Source of the DNA: Candidatus Peregrinibacteria bacterium
GTDB lineage: Bacteria > Patescibacteriota > Gracilibacteria > Peribacterales > Peribacteraceae
Direction: 5' to 3'
Assembly (NCBI GenBank): GCA_018662075.1
Contig: JABJGX010000023.1
Span: 1-41,018, forward strand
Length of the DNA: 41,018 bases
The position numbers were made by a program, and so were the translations under genes. Below the pieces are notes generated by a model that did not search any database, was not told the origin of the DNA, and worked only from the letters and a program-made list of their open reading frames with translations. This document shows positions 8,627 through 17,159 of the stretch, one piece after another (position 1 is the first letter of the stretch; each line of letters begins with the position of its first letter).

Positions 8627-9886
8627 TTACCCAAACGTCAAAGCCTCAGGAGCGAAGATCATCAGCATTCCAAGTGCGTACATAAGGAGGCCTCCGAAGA
8701 TCAGTGTGAAGCGACGGTACTTCGTCGTCATTCCTGTTGCATGCAGTGTGTAGATCGCGATAGCAAAGATTGCCAGGTCGTCGATCATGTACATCATAAT
8801 AAAGAGTCCAATGTACCCGTACCTGGCAAGGTTTGTGATGTCGTTAAATGCAAGGATCTGCGTAAAGACGGCAGGAAGTCCTGCTGTGCAGACTAGTTCG
8901 ATCATGTTTACAGAGACTGCAAGAATAGAGACCCCAAGGATCAACGCTGGCCATTGTGTGATCTGCATGATGGATTTCATCTTGGCAATTGTCTTCTTCC
9001 TTGCAGAAAGGTTTGTCACCTTGCATTGGTTTGGGTCTTTTCCAAAAGCTTCATATAAATAAAATCCACCACCACCAATGGCGACGATTCCAATAACTTT
9101 TTGGACCCAGAAGTTGTATCCGATCATCAGGAATACATTGAGCCACGCTGCAATAAAGAGGTAATACACCGCTCCACTAATAAAGAGGAATGTTCCGCCA
9201 ATAATCCAGATCTTCTTTTTGTCATGCGTATTAATAAGAAGGGTAAGCAGAGTGATTAAAACCCACATAGCACATGGGTTAAACCCGTCGAGGAACCCAA
9301 GAAGGATACTAAGCGCCGGAAGGCTCATAAGTGTGAGGTCTGTCTTTCCAATGAACCATAGGTTCAACGTATACTTGTCGAGGTCTGCATCACAGTCCTC
9401 GTTGCAAGTTTTACCGGCAGCAGTTACTTCTACTTCTGCATCACTCTTTATGAAATCTTTAAAGTCGAGACATCCGTCTGCAGAGCTCTGGCAGTATTGT
9501 AGGCGTGCGACAACTGCTTCCCCGTGTTCGTCTGTGTCGTACCCTTGGCTAACTGTTCCATTAATAACGATTGTTGGGACTCCTTGGTTCAGTGCAGGAG
9601 CGCGCTGCTGCAAGTCCGAGAAGTATTTTTGCGCATCAATATTGGTTACTTCGTAGTACTGAACTGCAAGCTCATGCTCCTCCGCATATTCTTCAAATGC
9701 TGCACAATGCGGACATCCATCACGTACAAATACGACAATATCTGCCCCTTGTGTCGAGTGGTATTTTTCTTCCGTAGCAGGCATTTCTGCGATTCGGTCT
9801 GGAAAGAGGAATCCGAGTGCTACGACCGGAATAAAAGCCAAAGTCATGAATGTAAGAATGCGTTTCATACCCTTATGGTACAGCAA
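8627..9886 (-). CDS. membrane thiol-disulfide oxidoreductase: glutaredoxin/thioredoxin-fold domain (CPHC) fused to a CcdA/DsbD-like multi-TM domain
   Basis: 419 aa. N-terminal anchor, then a Trx fold with DGCPHCAAFEEY ... GVPTIVINGT. The polytopic C-terminal domain carries membrane-embedded Cys motifs (FNPCAMWVL and LVCTAGLP). Confidence 0.8.
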   Translation of the reverse strand: MLYHKGMKRILTFMTLAFIPVVALGFLFPDRIAEMPATEEKYHSTQGADIVVFVRDGCPHCAAFEEYAEEHELAVQYYEVTNIDAQKYFSDLQQRAPALNQGVPTIVINGTVSQGYDTDEHGEAVVARLQYCQSSADGCLDFKDFIKSDAEVEVTAAGKTCNEDCDADLDKYTLNLWFIGKTDLTLMSLPALSILLGFLDGFNPCAMWVLITLLTLLINTHDKKKIWIIGGTFLFISGAVYYLFIAAWLNVFLMIGYNFWVQKVIGIVAIGGGGFYLYEAFGKDPNQCKVTNLSARKKTIAKMKSIMQITQWPALILGVSILAVSVNMIELVCTAGLPAVFTQILAFNDITNLARYGYIGLFIMMYMIDDLAIFAIAIYTLHATGMTTKYRRFTLIFGGLLMYALGMLMIFAPEALTFG

Positions 9887-9930
9887 AAATTGCTTGCATA
9901 CAAAAATTGATCGGAGTAGCGTTAATTGCT

Positions 9931-10578
9931 ATGGGAATGGTGACTCATGCAGACGGCTCTGATGTGCAAACTCCTGAATACCTCAGTCGACAGGTACGGT
10001 TAATGGGTAAGAACTCAGAGCAGCTTCTTGCAACAGGCCCAGAGCGAGCAATGCTTAGTGGTCAAGATTGGAAAAATTTGGATGTGGTTTCTCACCTTGG
10101 TCTCGACAATATCGATGCATATAGAGCTATTTGCAAAAATGATATTATCAGTTATCTCATGACTCAATGGATTAGTAAATATTCCTCTATATTTGGTGTC
10201 CTTGCACGAGTTGAAGGTCAACCTGTCGAGCAAGTAGAGGTAGAGGTTGGAGCTTTTCAGTGTCAAATTAATGAAATGATAGGGGAGCTTCGGTATTTAT
10301 GGGGTGTTCATACTGGTCAAAGCCTTGCTCTGCAGGCTGCACTAGAGCAAATACGGTGGAAGGCACCTGAAATAAGAGCACTTGTTAACCAGGGGCAGTC
10401 AGTCACTAATGAACAGTATCTCTGTGCTGATGCTTTATTTCCCCATGTGGTAGATTCAGATGAAGGCTCTACTGATTTACTATTTGATTCTGATCATATC
10501 TCTATATCGACTTTACGTGTTTCTATTAATGATGAATTGGCTGTAGCAATAAAAAAAGAGCTTGCCGGTTACCTCTAA
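9931..10578 (+). CDS. hypothetical protein (start uncertain; the ORF track begins at TTG 9907)
   Basis: First ATG is at 9931. No TM segment or motif recognised. It looks slightly more AT-rich than its neighbours by eye. Confidence 0.5.
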   Translation: MGMVTHADGSDVQTPEYLSRQVRLMGKNSEQLLATGPERAMLSGQDWKNLDVVSHLGLDNIDAYRAICKNDIISYLMTQWISKYSSIFGVLARVEGQPVEQVEVEVGAFQCQINEMIGELRYLWGVHTGQSLALQAALEQIRWKAPEIRALVNQGQSVTNEQYLCADALFPHVVDSDEGSTDLLFDSDHISISTLRVSINDELAVAIKKELAGYL

Positions 10579-10602
10579 AAAGGGTAAAGTCTCTGAAATA
10601 TC

Positions 10603-11667
10603 ATGGCTGCGACCGATTCCACTTTACCGGCCTCCAAAGATCCAAAAGACTTCGTTATAGCAACGATTGGAAGCCATAGTGCGCTGCAGATATTAAAAGG
10701 TGCAAAAGATGAAGGGTTTAAGACTTTGGCTATCTGTAAGAAAGGGACAGAGCGTGTTTATGATGAAAGAGGGTATAACGTTGCAGACGAGATTATTAGT
10801 GTCGATAGCTTTTCTGATTGGAACGAAGAACTAGAGCAGGAGCTGATTAAGCGAAATGCCATTATCATTCCTCACGGGTCGTTTATTGCGTATATGGGAC
10901 ACGATAGAGTGCAGGCAATGAAGTCGATGTACTACGGTACAAAAGAGATCCTCGAATGGGAGAGCGACAGGACAATGGAGAGGCAGTGGATGGAGAAGTC
11001 AGGGCTACAATTACCACGAGTATTTAAGGATCCAGAAGAAATCGACAAGCCAGTAATCGTAAAGTTCCACGGTGCAGGTGGAGGCTTTGGATACTTTGTT
11101 GCAAAATCGCCAGAACAGTTCTGGGAAGTGAAAAACAAGAAGCACCCAGATAATAATGACTACGCAATTCAGGAGTACATTGTAGGAGTGCCGGTTTACG
11201 CACACTTCTTCCAGTCTCCAATCACTGGTGAGATCGAAATCATGAGCTTTGATAAGAGATACGAAAGTAATGCAGATAGCATCGGACGTATTAAGGCAGA
11301 GGACCAGTTGGCAGCAAACATTCATACCAGTTACACCATTGTTGGAAACATTCCGATTGTTGTACGAGAGTCACTTCTTCCAAAATTCTTTGAGATGGGG
11401 GAGAGCGTGGTGAAGGTTAGTAAGGACATAACGAAGAATGGCAAAGGACTCTTTGGACCGTTCTGTTTGGAATGTATTGTGACCCGAAAGCTTGAAATTT
11501 TCTGCTTCGAAATTAGCGCACGAATTGTTGCTGGAACGAATCCTTTTGTTGAAGGTTCACCATACACAGCACTGAAGTATGATGTTCCAATGAGCACAGG
11601 GAGGCGTGTTGCACTCGATATCAAACAAGCGATTGCAGGTGACAGACTTGCAGATATACTTGGATAA
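10603..11667 (+). CDS. purP: archaeal-type FAICAR synthetase (5-formaminoimidazole-4-carboxamide ribonucleotide synthetase, ATP-grasp)
   Basis: 354 aa, collinear with my recollection of Methanocaldococcus PurP. Shared segments are IATIGSHSALQILKGAKDEGF, IIPHGSFIAYMG, WESDR, VIVKFHGAGGGFGYF, DKRYESN, YTIVGNIPIVVRESLLP and GPFCLE. Confidence 0.85.
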   Translation: MAATDSTLPASKDPKDFVIATIGSHSALQILKGAKDEGFKTLAICKKGTERVYDERGYNVADEIISVDSFSDWNEELEQELIKRNAIIIPHGSFIAYMGHDRVQAMKSMYYGTKEILEWESDRTMERQWMEKSGLQLPRVFKDPEEIDKPVIVKFHGAGGGFGYFVAKSPEQFWEVKNKKHPDNNDYAIQEYIVGVPVYAHFFQSPITGEIEIMSFDKRYESNADSIGRIKAEDQLAANIHTSYTIVGNIPIVVRESLLPKFFEMGESVVKVSKDITKNGKGLFGPFCLECIVTRKLEIFCFEISARIVAGTNPFVEGSPYTALKYDVPMSTGRRVALDIKQAIAGDRLADILG

Positions 11668-11673
11668 ACTTTT

Positions 11674-12825
11674 ATGGATATTTCTTCTATTCTCAACGGC
11701 TACGATACATCCGATATTACTGTTGGAGTTCTTGGTGGTCACAGTGCTCTGGATGTTTCACACGGTGCGAAGCAGTTTGGCTTTAACACTGTATGCATTG
11801 CACGAGAGGGAAGAGAGAAGACATTTGAAAAGTACTACAAAACTAGAGGAGAAAGAGGGTGTATCGATACGGTCATTGTAAAAGAAGGATTTGATGGTGT
11901 ACTTGATGCAGACGTCCAAGGTAAGCTAAGAAAAATGAATACAATTTTTGTACACAACAGATACTTCTGGGTCTACTTTGATGATTTTTCTCAGGTAGAA
12001 AAGAACTTTGAAGTTCCAATCTTTGGATCGCGAACATTGCTGAAGATCGAAGAGCGCGACCAGCCATATAATCAGTATCACTTACTGCAGGATGCTGGAA
12101 TTAGAACGCCGAAGATATATAATGGGGTAGGGGGTAAGGGGTTGGGGGTAGGGATTGACCGTCCGGTGATTGTGAAAGCTGCTGAGGCAGAACGTGGATA
12201 TGAACGAGCATTCTTTGTTGTTACTTCTGATGAAGAATACGAGAGGATTGGATCTCAGATGGAGGCCGAAGGAAAAATTGCATCAAATTGGCGAGAGGCT
12301 ACTGTCGAGGAATTTGTGGTAGGTGCACCTATAAACTTTAATTACTTTTATAGCCCACTCACAGGAGAGCTAGAGCTCATGGGAACAGATACACGCAGAC
12401 AGACTAACCTTGATGGTTTTTTACGGATGACCGCTCCTCAGCAAATTCAAGCGCTGCAATCAGTCCCTCTCAAGATGATAGAAACAGGGCACATTGCATG
12501 CACTGTCAAAGAATCAATTTTAGAAAAAGCATTTGATATGGGCGAGAAGTTTGTTGCTCAGTGCAAGAAGCTACCAAAAGACTTAGACCCAAGTGGTAAA
12601 GGAATGATCGGACCGTTTGCACTTCAAGGTGCGGTTGTTGCGGAAGAGGGAAGAGAGGACATTGTTATCTTCGATGTGTCATTCCGAATTCCTGGAAGTC
12701 CTGGTAGCCGTGCTACTCCATATTCTGGATACCTTCATGGAGAGTCTATGAGTGTTGGTGAGCGTATTGGCCTCGAGATTAAAAGTGCAGTAGAACAGGG
12801 AAGACTAGAGGAGATTGTTACGTAA
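11674..12825 (+). CDS. PurP-family ATP-grasp paralog (divergent second copy)
   Basis: 383 aa, starting 6 nt after purP. It has the same fold signposts (VLGGHSALDVSHGAKQFGF, PIFGSR, VIVKA, FNYFYSPLTGELELMG, IGPFALQG) but divergent loops and a Gly-rich insertion, NGVGGKGLGVG. Confidence 0.75.
   Translation: MDISSILNGYDTSDITVGVLGGHSALDVSHGAKQFGFNTVCIAREGREKTFEKYYKTRGERGCIDTVIVKEGFDGVLDADVQGKLRKMNTIFVHNRYFWVYFDDFSQVEKNFEVPIFGSRTLLKIEERDQPYNQYHLLQDAGIRTPKIYNGVGGKGLGVGIDRPVIVKAAEAERGYERAFFVVTSDEEYERIGSQMEAEGKIASNWREATVEEFVVGAPINFNYFYSPLTGELELMGTDTRRQTNLDGFLRMTAPQQIQALQSVPLKMIETGHIACTVKESILEKAFDMGEKFVAQCKKLPKDLDPSGKGMIGPFALQGAVVAEEGREDIVIFDVSFRIPGSPGSRATPYSGYLHGESMSVGERIGLEIKSAVEQGRLEEIVT
12124..12153 (+). 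other. canonical G-quadruplex motif inside the purP paralog
   Basis: GGGGTAGGGGGTAAGGGGTTGGGGGTAGGG: five G3+ tracts separated by 2-3 nt loops on the coding strand. Confidence 0.8.
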
Positions 12826-12879
12826 AAAACTACACCTTTTCACCTTTGCAAACAGGCATTTTTGCTTATACTGTCCTTC

Positions 12880-12912
12880 GTCTAACAATATGTGGGGCTG
12901 TAGCTCAGCTGG
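12880..12912 (+). repeat. direct repeat copy 1 (33 nt): tRNA-Ala upstream region plus first 19 nt of the tRNA
   Basis: GTCTAACAATATGTGGGGCTGTAGCTCAGCTGG is identical to 12985-13017. Confidence 0.9.
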
Positions 12913-12940
12913 GTCGAGTATGCCAACAGGCATACGAGCC
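12894..12940 (+). pseudogene. orphan 5' fragment of tRNA-Ala (acceptor 5' strand plus D-arm start), followed by an unrelated 7-bp hairpin
   Basis: GGGGCTGTAGCTCAGCTGG then diverges. GTATGCC-AACA-GGCATAC forms a tetraloop hairpin, not a 7-nt anticodon loop. No T arm or 3' acceptor strand follows. Confidence 0.55.
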
Positions 12941-12984
12941 ATATAATGAAGCTTTGCTCTAACCCACCGATCAATTACATCATT

Positions 12985-13017
12985 GTCTAACAATATGTGG
13001 GGCTGTAGCTCAGCTGG
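12985..13017 (+). repeat. direct repeat copy 2 (33 nt), part of the functional tRNA-Ala locus
   Basis: Identical to 12880-12912. Confidence 0.9.
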
Positions 13018-13075
13018 TTAGAGCACCTGCTTTGCAAGCAGGGGGTCAGGAGTTCGAATCTCCTCAGCTCCACCA
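12999..13075 (+). tRNA. tRNA-Ala (TGC), CCA encoded
   Basis: The acceptor stem pairs GGGGCTG with CAGCTCC and includes the G3-U70 Ala identity pair. The anticodon arm CCTGC-TTTGCAA-GCAGG gives anticodon TGC. The T arm is AGGAG-TTCGAAT-CTCCT. ACCA ends the gene. Confidence 0.95.
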
Positions 13076-13079
13076 AACT

Positions 13080-13102
13080 AATCTCATCTCGGTGAGATTT
13101 TA
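13080..13102. terminator. bidirectional intrinsic terminator between tRNA-Ala and the convergent small membrane protein gene
   Basis: AATCTCA-tctcgg-TGAGATT followed by a T-rich run on the plus strand. The complement also gives a hairpin for the minus-strand gene. Confidence 0.6.
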
Positions 13103-13112
13103 TTATTATGTA

Positions 13113-13352
13113 TTAGCTACCGAGCGCTCCTCCAAATATCCAGAAGAGAGGGGCAAAGAAAATCTGTTCAGTTCCAGTCATTGTGGCAATGGACCAAAAG
13201 AATATTGCTACACCGAGTAGGATCAGGAAATTGTATATGCCGCCAATGTGGCGCATCCAGTATGCTTCTCCTACTGAGTCTCCGATGCGCTCACGGTATT
13301 TAATAATAAATACACCGATCAGCATCCCAAAGATTCCAAAAACAATACTCAT
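13113..13352 (-). CDS. small integral membrane protein (two or three TM helices)
   Basis: 79 aa, strongly hydrophobic (IVFGIFGMLIGVFII, FLILLGVAIFFWSI, FFAPLFWIFGGALG). Confidence 0.55.
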   Translation of the reverse strand: MSIVFGIFGMLIGVFIIKYRERIGDSVGEAYWMRHIGGIYNFLILLGVAIFFWSIATMTGTEQIFFAPLFWIFGGALGS

Positions 13353-13395
13353 GGTGCGAGTATAGCACTATGAGTATTGATGATACGAGGTGAAA

Positions 13396-13716
13396 TTAGC
13401 TCGTGACATTATCGAGCTCTTTGGCCATGTCTTCTTTAGATTTTGCTCCAACAAACGTTGCAACAGGCTCTCCGCCTTTAAAGATAATAAATGTTGGGAT
13501 ACTCATAACGGAGTACTTACCAGGAGCTTCTGCGTTTTCATCAACGTTCATCTTTACGACTTTGACCTTGCCTTCGTATTCGGTAGCAAGTTCGTCGACT
13601 ATTGGAATCATTGACTTACATGGGCCACACCATGGTGCCCAGAAATCTACAAGAACAGGAACATCTGACTTGAGTACTTCGCTATCGAAGTCGCCGTCGG
13701 TAACAGTATTAGACAT
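13396..13716 (-). CDS. trxA: thioredoxin
   Basis: 106 aa with the WAPWCGPCK active site and thioredoxin-length fold. Confidence 0.9.
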   Translation of the reverse strand: MSNTVTDGDFDSEVLKSDVPVLVDFWAPWCGPCKSMIPIVDELATEYEGKVKVVKMNVDENAEAPGKYSVMSIPTFIIFKGGEPVATFVGAKSKEDMAKELDNVTS

Positions 13717-13799
13717 AAGATATAGTGGGGTAATTCGTATATGATTATACGGTTATGAAAATTGAGTGCAATTCGGAATCCTAAAATACGTGATAATGA

Positions 13800-15074
13800 T
13801 TACTCTTCGTTCAGGATTTTCTTTGTAATATTTTTTCCAATTTCAACTGCAGGTTGTCCATATGGGTCTATACGATAGAGTTTTCCAAGGAGGACTACTT
13901 CTACGAGGAAGAGGAAGAATAGTTGGCCTAAGTGGTATTCATCTATTTTTTCTAGGCCAATTGTGACGTGCGGCCTCTTCGCTGATGTCAGTGCATCACT
14001 TGTGCCTTTGTAGCATGCATCAAGGAGGTCACCGAACTCTTTGCCTGCAATGTACTTGAAGCTTTCTTCTACCTCATTTGGGACTTTAAATGGTGTCTTT
14101 TCAATCTCTCTAATAAAGATATGCCATTGCTGCCTCGGCCCTGCCATCCATTGTTGAAGAAGGGAGTGCTGGTCCTGTGTACCAATTGCTGCAAGGGGGA
14201 TTGGGTTACTGGTTTCTACTTTTCCAAGGCTCTCTGCAATAAGCTGCTGGTTCCAGCGTGCAAAAGACTCGAGTCTTTGGCTATAAGGCATGATGACACG
14301 GACATTGCAGTCCCTTTTGGTGTCGAGTAGGAACTGTACAGAAGCGAGCATTGCCGCTGGGTTTTCATCTGGTGTGACGTTTTGACAGATGGTGTCCATC
14401 TCTTTTGCGCCTCGTACAAACTCATCGACATCTGCACCAAGAAGGGCAACAGGTAATAGTCCTACTGGTGTGAAGATAGAGTACCTCCCTCCTACATTGT
14501 CTGGAATAGGAAGCGTTCGAATTCCGTTTTCGAGACAGAATGTTTTAAGAGTTCCTTTCTTTGGGTCAGTAATGGCAACGGTGTAGTTACCTGCTTCTTT
14601 CCCGCGTGCTTCTTGCATTCTCTTCCAGCAGTGGAAGAAAACACTCATAGGCTCTAACGTTCCACCAGACTTACTAACGACGACCAGAAGAGTATTTTTC
14701 CAGTCGAGGATACTGTCGTACATATCGAGCATGTATGGGTCGATGGTATCGAGGAGAATAAACTCTGGTGTGTTTGGTGTCTCGAATACTTCTCGCAGTA
14801 CCTTAGGACCTAGTCCCGATCCGCCAATACCAATCCAGACAACAGTTGAAATCTTCTGTGCACTTGCAAACGTTGCCACCTCTTTTACTTTTGTAATTAC
14901 CTCTTCATTTTTTGGATCATCTGCCCATGCATGCTCACCAGCTTCCCTTTCAGAGTTGTAGTTTTCTGTATAGCGCCTCAGGCTTGTAAGCAAAGCGGAA
15001 AACTCCTGTTCTGGAATTCCTTTATTCGGTGTAATAACTTTTCCCATTGATGCGGAGATGTCGAGCTGAAGCAT
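13800..15074 (-). CDS. pgi: glucose-6-phosphate isomerase (short bacterial/archaeal type)
   Basis: 424 aa with GIGGSGLGP and VSKSGGTLE sugar-isomerase motifs and a C-terminal PGI region. Confidence 0.85.
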   Translation of the reverse strand: MLQLDISASMGKVITPNKGIPEQEFSALLTSLRRYTENYNSEREAGEHAWADDPKNEEVITKVKEVATFASAQKISTVVWIGIGGSGLGPKVLREVFETPNTPEFILLDTIDPYMLDMYDSILDWKNTLLVVVSKSGGTLEPMSVFFHCWKRMQEARGKEAGNYTVAITDPKKGTLKTFCLENGIRTLPIPDNVGGRYSIFTPVGLLPVALLGADVDEFVRGAKEMDTICQNVTPDENPAAMLASVQFLLDTKRDCNVRVIMPYSQRLESFARWNQQLIAESLGKVETSNPIPLAAIGTQDQHSLLQQWMAGPRQQWHIFIREIEKTPFKVPNEVEESFKYIAGKEFGDLLDACYKGTSDALTSAKRPHVTIGLEKIDEYHLGQLFFLFLVEVVLLGKLYRIDPYGQPAVEIGKNITKKILNEE

Positions 15075-15086
15075 GGAGAGAAGGGG

Positions 15087-15668
15087 TTAGAGGGAGCGAA
15101 GTGCAGCGGTTATACGTTCTTCGGTTGTTGTAAGGTCTTCGGATAAGTCTTTTAAGACATTCATAATAGTCCCGGTATCATACCCAAGAGTCTTCAGAGC
15201 TTCTACTGCATCATTGTCGAATGTAGAGTTTTTTGTAGCAGAACTTACACTTGTGCCAAATATTTCTGGCTGAGACTCTGCAAGAGACTTCAGATCGAGC
15301 AAAAGTTTTTCAGCAGTCTTTTTCCCGATTCCTTTTACTGTTGTCAGAAGTTTTGGTTCTTGGGACCCGACAGCTTGCATGAGTAAGCTTTTTGGAACTG
15401 CAGAGAGCTCGAGTGCAAGTTTGGGGCCGATGCCATTCATTCCGATAAATCTTTCAAATAAGACACGTTCGCTGTCTTCGAGGAATCCGAAAAGGTCTAA
15501 GCGGTCCTCGCGAATATGTGTATAGATGAATACTAAGGCTTCAGAGCCTTCTTTGAGCTCATCCCATACGTTTATTGGAACATAGACTCTGTATCCAACT
15601 CCATTGACGTCTATGGTCACCTCCTCGGGGTTTAGCCTATGAATAGTACCTTTTAGATGAGCAATCAT
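15087..15668 (-). CDS. ruvA: Holliday junction branch migration complex subunit RuvA
   Basis: The true start is MIAHLKGTI at 15668 (RuvA N-terminal consensus MI..L.G), giving 193 aa. HhH motifs are present (GIGPKLAL, GIGKKTAEKL). The longer ORF-track version overlaps the divergent gene. Confidence 0.9.
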   Translation of the reverse strand: MIAHLKGTIHRLNPEEVTIDVNGVGYRVYVPINVWDELKEGSEALVFIYTHIREDRLDLFGFLEDSERVLFERFIGMNGIGPKLALELSAVPKSLLMQAVGSQEPKLLTTVKGIGKKTAEKLLLDLKSLAESQPEIFGTSVSSATKNSTFDNDAVEALKTLGYDTGTIMNVLKDLSEDLTTTEERITAALRSL

Positions 15669-15708
15669 GAGTATGAAGTGTAGCAAATTTCTGGTATAAT
15701 GAATAGAA

Positions 15709-16848
15709 ATGAATTTTCGAAATACACTACTCATTCTTGCGGCATTTATTATCCTTTCTGTTGCTGCCAGTGTGCAGATAACGGCAAGTGTTCTTGAGCG
15801 AGGGTACGTTGCATCGGAAAAAGAGAATGCAACAGAATCTATCCTTTCGCAGAAAAAGCAATCACTCAAGCTTCTTGATGAGCTGCGAGCGGCATCTGGA
15901 CATGAGCGACTTGTTGGTACTCGGCTGCATGAAGTAGAGCGAAAGCGTCGCATGTTGCAACGTCAGATTGATCAGTTGAAGGAAGAGGAGGTATTGCATG
16001 GAGCAGCACCAGAGAGGGAACTTGACGTATCGACATTAGTATCGGACCTTAGCTCACGTCGGTTTAGTGATAGGCTTGCTGATCATCAGGCTAGTCGGTT
16101 TCTGAGACGCATGGCCCAACGTGCAGGACTTCAATTCACCGGTGGTAGCAGTGTGTTTACTGCCGAGAAGCTGCTTGCATTACGAGCGCGAGATACAGCG
16201 CTTGAAAAGAAACAGGGTCTACTGGCTGTTGATCTGAAAAGAAATGAAAAGCGTGTTCGTGCAAATACCTATCAGCTAACGGCTGCACGCCAGATGCTGA
16301 GGCAGACACAAGAGGTGATGTTTGCTTTGCAGAATCATTTAGTACGCATTGACGCACAGATTGCTCGTCGCCAAGAGAGGCAACGTATTGCAAGAGGGGA
16401 TTTAGATCCACAGTTTAATAAATATGAAGAAGAAAAAGGATACGTTGATGCGTTTATCTGGCCAGCGAAAGCACGCATAACTGCTGGATTTTTGGAAGCC
16501 AGCTACCTTGCATTCTTTGGTATTCCTCATAAGGCAATTGATATTGCAGTGCCACACGGTACTCCTGTAAAAGTTGCAGCTGACGGTATTGTGTACCTTG
16601 CACTAGACTCAGGTATGGGGTATTCGTATGTGCTCGTTGGTCATCGTAATGGGTACGCAACCTTGTATGGTCATCTTTCAAGTATTGATGTCATTGTTGG
16701 TGAGCCTCTTGACGCTGGTCAGATTATTGGATTAAGTGGGGCAACTCCTGGTACACCTGGGGCTGGATCTGTTACTACTGGTGCACATCTTCATTTTGAA
16801 ATGACCAAAGATGGAAAACATATTGACCCGCTTACTATGCTCGAATAA
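15709..16848 (+). CDS. coiled-coil M23-family metallopeptidase (EnvC/murein hydrolase activator-like)
   Basis: 379 aa. N-terminal anchor, a long heptad-rich region, and a C-terminal M23 domain with HKAIDIA ... GYATLYGHL ... GAHLHFEM. Confidence 0.85.
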   Translation: MNFRNTLLILAAFIILSVAASVQITASVLERGYVASEKENATESILSQKKQSLKLLDELRAASGHERLVGTRLHEVERKRRMLQRQIDQLKEEEVLHGAAPERELDVSTLVSDLSSRRFSDRLADHQASRFLRRMAQRAGLQFTGGSSVFTAEKLLALRARDTALEKKQGLLAVDLKRNEKRVRANTYQLTAARQMLRQTQEVMFALQNHLVRIDAQIARRQERQRIARGDLDPQFNKYEEEKGYVDAFIWPAKARITAGFLEASYLAFFGIPHKAIDIAVPHGTPVKVAADGIVYLALDSGMGYSYVLVGHRNGYATLYGHLSSIDVIVGEPLDAGQIIGLSGATPGTPGAGSVTTGAHLHFEMTKDGKHIDPLTMLE

Positions 16849-16850
16849 TT

Positions 16851-17159
16851 ATGACTGACCGAATGACACCAGAGGATGAGATCCGCGCTGCACTTGAACA
16901 GAAAAGTGAAGCACAGATTGGAGAGCTTAAAAGACTCGTTGATGTTGGAAGAGATGAGTATCATACCTTCCTGAGTCGTATTGGTTTGGGATGGCTTATG
17001 CATACCAGCAGAAGTTCTTTAAAAAGAGCTATGAACGAGATGGCAGACATCGAAATAGATTCCCGTCGAGGGGGTCCAAATATGGCTATTTATCCAGACT
17101 CAGACCGAAGTATGGTAGACCATTACAGACTCAAGCAGTCTCGGGATCAGTCGGCTTAA
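16851..17159 (+). CDS. hypothetical protein
   Basis: 102-aa ORF starting 3 nt after the M23 gene stop. No motif recognised. Confidence 0.45.
   Translation: MTDRMTPEDEIRAALEQKSEAQIGELKRLVDVGRDEYHTFLSRIGLGWLMHTSRSSLKRAMNEMADIEIDSRRGGPNMAIYPDSDRSMVDHYRLKQSRDQSA

Noticed and set aside
12805-12993. 62-aa minus-strand ORF across the tRNA-Ala repeat region
   Set aside because: It overlaps the duplicated tRNA fragment and promoter region. It has no support.
15669-15953. 95-codon N-terminal extension of the ruvA ORF in the track (288 aa version)
   Set aside because: The RuvA consensus N-terminus MIAHLKG starts at 15668. The extension is Ser/Arg/Cys-rich junk. It overlaps the divergent M23 peptidase gene, which starts at 15709.
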